A stretch of DNA of 30,967 bases from an uncultured virus (IMG/VR IMGVR_UViG_3300034196_000262) (Duplodnaviria > Heunggongvirae > Uroviricota > Caudoviricetes), in IMG/VR virus record IMGVR_UViG_3300034196_000262; one strand, written 5' to 3'. A model generated the notes under the pieces. It saw nothing but the letters and a program-made list of their open reading frames with translations, did no database searches and was not told the DNA's origin. Position 1 is the stretch's first letter; every line of letters starts with the position of its first letter. The position numbers were made by a program, and so were the translations under genes. Below, one piece after another: positions 26,342-30,967 of this stretch.

Positions 26342-27009
26342 ATTTTCACCATTGCTAATAGAGTATGATCTCTTAAAGTTAAGTCTTCTAATTTTTTATT
26401 AAGTGGCTCACAAGCATAGGCTACTAACAAATGGTTAATAACTTCTTCCGGTGTTCCTGAGTATAAGTTTCCATCAATTCTTGAATTTACAAAAAAATGC
26501 GGTTCAAATTTTGTGAAATCATCATTAAGCATAAACCTAACAATAATTTTGCTATCCAAGCAATGGGTAGGCATAAATGGTTTAAGTTCTTTTGAGAATT
26601 TAAGAATGTCATTGGGTGTGTTAATTTTAAAATCAACTGAATTATAATTATTGCTTGTTACATATTGCCTATCATCAAACAAAAAGTAATTAACAAATTT
26701 CAGTTGATTAGTAATGACTTCGATTTGGTTCAATATTTGTCTATCGAGATCACCCTTTACACCAATATTGAATACGCGGTCAGCCCGTTTAATTTTTGAT
26801 TTGTCATCAAAAAAAAGAACTAGTTTCTCTCCTTCAATAACAAGAATCATTTTCATATCCATATCTATGTAAAAACCTTTGAACATCAATTGAATGTTAT
26901 GGTTAGACGTTCTCACTGGAGATACTGTCAATTCATAATTTTCTTTATCATAAACAAGTCGTTCTCTTAGCACCTGCATATAATAATTTCTTTGATATTC
27001 CGAACTCAT
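26338..27009 (-). CDS. Hypothetical protein, C-terminal-tag family
   Basis: Ends EDLTLRDHTLLAMVKI; GAGG RBS. Confidence 0.8.
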   Translation of the reverse strand: MSSEYQRNYYMQVLRERLVYDKENYELTVSPVRTSNHNIQLMFKGFYIDMDMKMILVIEGEKLVLFFDDKSKIKRADRVFNIGVKGDLDRQILNQIEVITNQLKFVNYFLFDDRQYVTSNNYNSVDFKINTPNDILKFSKELKPFMPTHCLDSKIIVRFMLNDDFTKFEPHFFVNSRIDGNLYSGTPEEVINHLLVAYACEPLNKKLEDLTLRDHTLLAMVKI

Positions 27010-27032
27010 TCATAATTCCTCATTTGGTCGAT

Positions 27033-27061
27033 ATTATACCACAACCATAGAGAAACATCAA
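27033..27061 (-). promoter_or_regulatory. sigma70-type promoter heading the 27009-to-23586 operon
   Basis: TTGATG-17 nt-TATAAT with extended -10 TG. Confidence 0.7.
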
Positions 27062-27069
27062 TCAATTGC

Positions 27070-27606
27070 TTAACTTCGTGTAATCCTATGAAGAATATCT
27101 TCTGCAGTATAGAGTTTCATCTCTGAATCATAAGAAACGTTAATCCTTTTAATATCTACCTGACTATGCAGCTTGCCACCATGCAAATGAACTGACCCAC
27201 GAATACCAGACATACCGGGCCATTCAAGCATAGGATAGTGCATTAATACAACTTTCTGTTTAAGAAACATGATTTCTTTGTATTGAGATACACTCTCAAT
27301 GCCTAAATTCTTGTCTGTCATCATTTGCTCAAAGGTATCCATATGATCTTCTGAACTTAACACAAAGTGTTTATGTCCATTGAGTTCATACACAAGGTTC
27401 ATGTAAGATTGAAGAGCACCTTTTGCAATAGAACAAAACCCACCTAGAATATAAACAGTATCATCTGGTTTTACTTGGTTATTCCACTGGGTAATAATAC
27501 TCTCTTCCATTGCTTCTACATTATCGAAACCACGGGCAATCGCCACGTCTTTATTTCTGAAATGAAGATTAGCTGTAAAATGAATGTCTTTCAGTTTTTG
27601 AATCAT
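27070..27606 (-). CDS. Calcineurin-like metallophosphoesterase homologue with degenerate active site
   Basis: Scaffold IHFTANLHF..RGF..VEAMEE.II..WN..VKPDDTVYILGGF..LNG.K..HYP..W..HLHG is typical of small phage phosphoesterases. Confidence 0.8.
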   Translation of the reverse strand: MIQKLKDIHFTANLHFRNKDVAIARGFDNVEAMEESIITQWNNQVKPDDTVYILGGFCSIAKGALQSYMNLVYELNGHKHFVLSSEDHMDTFEQMMTDKNLGIESVSQYKEIMFLKQKVVLMHYPMLEWPGMSGIRGSVHLHGGKLHSQVDIKRINVSYDSEMKLYTAEDILHRITRS

Positions 27607-27778
27607 TTATGATCTCCAAAATGTTTCTTATTATACCATTTCTTGTAAGTTGTGTATAGTTCTATCTGTTATGCTAAAGGTTAAAAAGCTACTGTTTACA
27701 ACATAAAGAGTAACTATTTTTTAATATCATGTTGAAATAAAAAAATAACAATGCTATGATGTAGAAAAAGGAGGCTCT

Positions 27779-28093
27779 ATGTCGAATACTAAAGTTCTGC
27801 TGGAAACAATGGAAGTAAGATACGGAAAAGGGTTCGTGAGAGAATTAAAAGAGTCTTGCGAATTAACAGATGATGACTACGAAAATGTCATCCTTATATT
27901 TAGAGCTGCAATCTATTCCTTGGACAAATATTGCCGAGTGAAAGAGTCTACTTTAAAAGCACTTCGTGTGTTCAACCCAGAACTTCAAGGTGTAAGAATT
28001 AGTGATGATAGCGAAGTTCTTATTGGCGACAGTTATTTTCATAAAGTAAGAAATGAAATTGATGCCATGAAACAAATCGTTCAAAATCTATAA
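27779..28093 (+). CDS. Hypothetical protein
   Basis: AGGAGG RBS; 104 aa; terminator follows. Confidence 0.75.
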   Translation: MSNTKVLLETMEVRYGKGFVRELKESCELTDDDYENVILIFRAAIYSLDKYCRVKESTLKALRVFNPELQGVRISDDSEVLIGDSYFHKVRNEIDAMKQIVQNL

Positions 28094-28109
28094 TTATTTC
28101 ATACTCGTC

Positions 28110-28135
28110 AAAGACCACCACTTGGTGGTTTTTTT
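28110..28135 (+). terminator. Intrinsic terminator
   Basis: ACCACCA-CT-TGGTGGT followed by a T run. Confidence 0.8.
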
Positions 28136-28172
28136 GTTTGTGGTATACTATAATAAAAATAAAGAGATTTAG

Positions 28173-29084
28173 ATGAAAGTATTATTGTTGCAACATTTCG
28201 AAAGCTACTGGGAAGGTCCATTACGAGATCTTCATAACACTAATTTTGAAGAATGTATGAGCAAAGTCTTAGATTTCGTGGCATCAACCGAAGAACTTGA
28301 TAAAATCATCATCACACTTTTCGAAGATTATGAACTCAATCATGAGTATGAACTACTTGAATCCATGTGCAAAAATAAAGGAATACAACTCGATGTGCAT
28401 ACTTATGGATATGCATGGTATCGAGATCCTAATGACGAAGATAATGGCTATCCAGAAGAAACTAGAAATATTGATTGGTGTCAAGGCACTCGTGACTATC
28501 ACGGGGAAGAAGATGTGATTGAAATAACTGAATGGCAAAAAGAACTAAAAGCTCAGGAATCTAAGGTTTTAGTAGGTGGAGCATTCGATGGTGAGTGTGT
28601 CAGCGACGTTATTGCTGCACTCGATACATTAGAAATTGATTACGAAAGAGTAGAAGGATTAATAGTTGGTTCTGGTCATGATTATGAATTTGTTTTAGGT
28701 TCAGCGTCTGATATTCATGGAAGCATGATGTGTTTGATGTCTGACATGGCTGAGAAATATGATGAGTTGTTATCTGATTGTGATGACGATGAAGATTTGC
28801 TTGAAGAAGAATGTTTAGATGAAATGATTGAAATTGAAAAGTTATTAAATGATTTTGTTTCTGAAAACAGGACGATTATAGAAGCTTATGAATTAGAGTT
28901 CATTTCTGGAAATGAAGTGATTGATGAGATGGTTTACGATAACATTAAACATGGCACAGCGGCCAGTAGGTATTCAGACATAGCGGATGAAAAAAATCTA
29001 GCAGCGATCAAATCAAAATTGAAAGCTACTGATGAATCCCCTGTTGTTGAAAAACCGAAATCAAGAAATAAACTAACTGCATAG
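28173..29084 (+). CDS. Acidic protein with a possible isochorismatase/cysteine-hydrolase-like N-terminal domain
   Basis: ORF is solid. The fold guess rests on MKVLLLQHFE, KIIITL and VLVGGAFDGECVSDVIAAL and is tentative. Confidence 0.55.
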   Translation: MKVLLLQHFESYWEGPLRDLHNTNFEECMSKVLDFVASTEELDKIIITLFEDYELNHEYELLESMCKNKGIQLDVHTYGYAWYRDPNDEDNGYPEETRNIDWCQGTRDYHGEEDVIEITEWQKELKAQESKVLVGGAFDGECVSDVIAALDTLEIDYERVEGLIVGSGHDYEFVLGSASDIHGSMMCLMSDMAEKYDELLSDCDDDEDLLEEECLDEMIEIEKLLNDFVSENRTIIEAYELEFISGNEVIDEMVYDNIKHGTAASRYSDIADEKNLAAIKSKLKATDESPVVEKPKSRNKLTA

Positions 29085-29091
29085 CAAAATC

Positions 29092-29114
29092 AAACAACCT
29101 CCGGGTTGTTTTTT
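29092..29114 (+). terminator. Intrinsic terminator
   Basis: AAACAACC-TCCG-GGTTGTTT followed by Ts. Confidence 0.8.
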
Positions 29115-29205
29115 ATTTATTGAATTTTTTCTTATCTTTTGATATACTGAAAACTCGTTAAAACCATGTTAACATAGGTGAAAACGCTACGAGTGAGGTT
29201 GATTG

Positions 29206-29991
29206 ATGTATTCTATTAAAACTGATTTTAAAAAAGACGCTCTGACAGTTAATGAGTTAGATAAGACAAAATTAATAGAAGTGTCTATTGATGTGGCTAA
29301 ACATGTCTGTAAAGTTGATATCAATGCCTATGAATTTGAATCCGAAGCTAGACTAAGCGTTTTTGATAAGCTGAATGGAAACCTATATTCTATCATGATT
29401 TATGCAAAGAGTCCCTTTAATGAATTGTGTTTCACGTACTCTTTTAAATATGATTCTAACAATAAATTATTGCTTAACAGTAGCGATGTCTTTTTTTCTG
29501 ATTGGGCCTTGTATAATGATTTACCATTAAAAGACACATACCCTGATTCAATTTATATTAATTTCTATGATGATTTTAAAATTGATTCATACGAAGTCAG
29601 TTATCGTAGTATTATTCGTCATTATATCTACGAAAATGAAGAATATGACACGACATCGGTTGTCGATTTTAATTATACACTTAAAGACGAAACAATAACC
29701 TTAAATATGGAGTATAATTACTGGGAACAGAAAACAAACCCAGAAAATTATTTTAGCTTAACAAAACTTAATGTTAACGAAGCTCAATTAGCACAGGATA
29801 AGATGTTTATTAATCTGTTGAATTATATTGAAATGGGGAGTGTTGCAATGACGGACCTATTTGATTACATGGTTACTCAAAAAGTAAAAACAGCCGAAGG
29901 ATTTAAAGCTGCTTATGAGTACTTTACAAACATTGAAGATAAAGAAATGATTAAAAATAAAATATCAGTTATAAAAATGGAAAATATTTAA
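29206..29991 (+). CDS. Hypothetical protein, C-terminal-tag family (plus strand)
   Basis: GAGGT RBS; ends ISVIKMENI. Confidence 0.8.
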   Translation: MYSIKTDFKKDALTVNELDKTKLIEVSIDVAKHVCKVDINAYEFESEARLSVFDKLNGNLYSIMIYAKSPFNELCFTYSFKYDSNNKLLLNSSDVFFSDWALYNDLPLKDTYPDSIYINFYDDFKIDSYEVSYRSIIRHYIYENEEYDTTSVVDFNYTLKDETITLNMEYNYWEQKTNPENYFSLTKLNVNEAQLAQDKMFINLLNYIEMGSVAMTDLFDYMVTQKVKTAEGFKAAYEYFTNIEDKEMIKNKISVIKMENI

Positions 29992-30012
29992 AAGTAGACA
30001 AACGCTAATTTT

Positions 30013-30657
30013 TTAAATTTCAACCATATTCAATAATTCAAAGTATCGATCAACATTATCATAGGTGATCTCATCACAAATGGATAAGTTACCCTTTTCA
30101 TAGAACCTCTGCTGCAGGTAAATAACGCAAAATTCATAATTATGAAGCGTTTTAAAGGTCTTATGTATTAAGTTTTGATTGTGATATCCAAAATAGGTGT
30201 AAATGGGTGTACTATTGGTATCACTTTGAACTTTTATGAATAAATAGGCACCCTTGATATCATGAGTGCAGGTTGACCATTGTTCATATAGATCATTTTC
30301 TTTTGTAAAGTAAAACATGTGCTCAATGACATAGTTTACATGAAGATTAAATTTAGCAGCAATCAGATCTTTTTGGTCATGAATAGGTTCGAATTTTTCT
30401 CTTAAATCACTTTCAATGTCATGTTTAAAGATAAATCCATTCATTTTCATTGTATCAAAGAAATCTCTATTATCTTTAACTGTCATTTTGATAATAAACA
30501 CCCACCGTTCAGGTTCTTCAATAATCGACATGGTTAAATAAGGCACATTAAACACGATGTTAGTCGTATCCGTAGAGAGTTTTTTATATTGACTGTGATT
30601 GAGTTCAGCAGTCTGTTCAAACAATGTCGAACTGACAATATTACAGAGTTCATTCAT
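30013..30657 (-). CDS. Hypothetical protein, C-terminal-tag family
   Basis: Ends DRYFELLNMVEI; start 30657 or a nearby in-frame ATG. Confidence 0.8.
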   Translation of the reverse strand: MNELCNIVSSTLFEQTAELNHSQYKKLSTDTTNIVFNVPYLTMSIIEEPERWVFIIKMTVKDNRDFFDTMKMNGFIFKHDIESDLREKFEPIHDQKDLIAAKFNLHVNYVIEHMFYFTKENDLYEQWSTCTHDIKGAYLFIKVQSDTNSTPIYTYFGYHNQNLIHKTFKTLHNYEFCVIYLQQRFYEKGNLSICDEITYDNVDRYFELLNMVEI

Positions 30658-30967
30658 TTAAGTATTCTTCCATTCTTTTATTGGCTTCTTGTAAAAATAT
30701 AAACCTAGCTGATTCGTCAACAGGTGTTGTATCATATTTCAAACGATAATGAATAAAACACAACAGCTCTAGCTGATTATCAGTAAAAGTCTGTTTAGCA
30801 GGCATATTCAATTTAATAGGTTGCCCAATATCTTTTAAAACTGGATAGATGTCTTCAACAATTTCCGTATACACAATTCGATAGTCATCATTCATCTTTG
30901 AATTATCAGCAATGAACTTTTTTAAGAACGTATAAAAAGGGTCTTTATCTTTTATGTAATTATCCAT
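30650..30967 (-). CDS. Hypothetical protein at the window edge (may extend upstream)
   Basis: 105 aa ORF overlapping the start of the next gene. Confidence 0.6.
   Translation of the reverse strand: MDNYIKDKDPFYTFLKKFIADNSKMNDDYRIVYTEIVEDIYPVLKDIGQPIKLNMPAKQTFTDNQLELLCFIHYRLKYDTTPVDESARFIFLQEANKRMEEYLNE

Noticed and set aside
16853..30657. Idea that the tag is a DNA repeat (attC-like site) or a four-codon ATG..stop mini-ORF
   Set aside because: Beyond ATG and frequent ATT-TAA the nucleotides differ, stops vary (TAA/TAG/TGA), no palindrome follows, and the conserved -7 residue lies upstream of the ATG, all pointing to protein-level selection.
418..30967. Alternative genetic code (stop-codon reassignment)
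   Set aside because: Known proteins are full length under the standard code, and TAA, TAG and TGA all terminate genes at the expected positions.

Overview
Visibly AT-rich, gene-dense segment with host-type sigma70 promoters and intrinsic terminators. It is most consistent with the accessory region of a jumbo phage or giant plasmid-like element of a gammaproteobacterial host; no virion or replication genes are in the window, so the element type is not settled. Recognisable genes are endA, tilS, hpf, rpsU (bS21), a glutamine-dependent nadE, an HNH nuclease, a P-loop kinase, a cupin, a DUF2939-like protein and a metallophosphoesterase whose metal ligands are mutated. The strongest unexplained signal is a shared C-terminal tag, [LV]-x-x-M-x-x-[ILV]-stop, on 12 mostly unrelated 179-362 aa proteins, plus 2 variants and an orphan tail left in an intergenic relic. 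Other signals: secretin-domain-like secreted paralogs, an ATA-codon split that tracks TilS, a four-gene cassette bounded by identical 26-bp terminators, and a structured, GATC-rich non-coding left end. All calls are from manual motif reading, not database searches.
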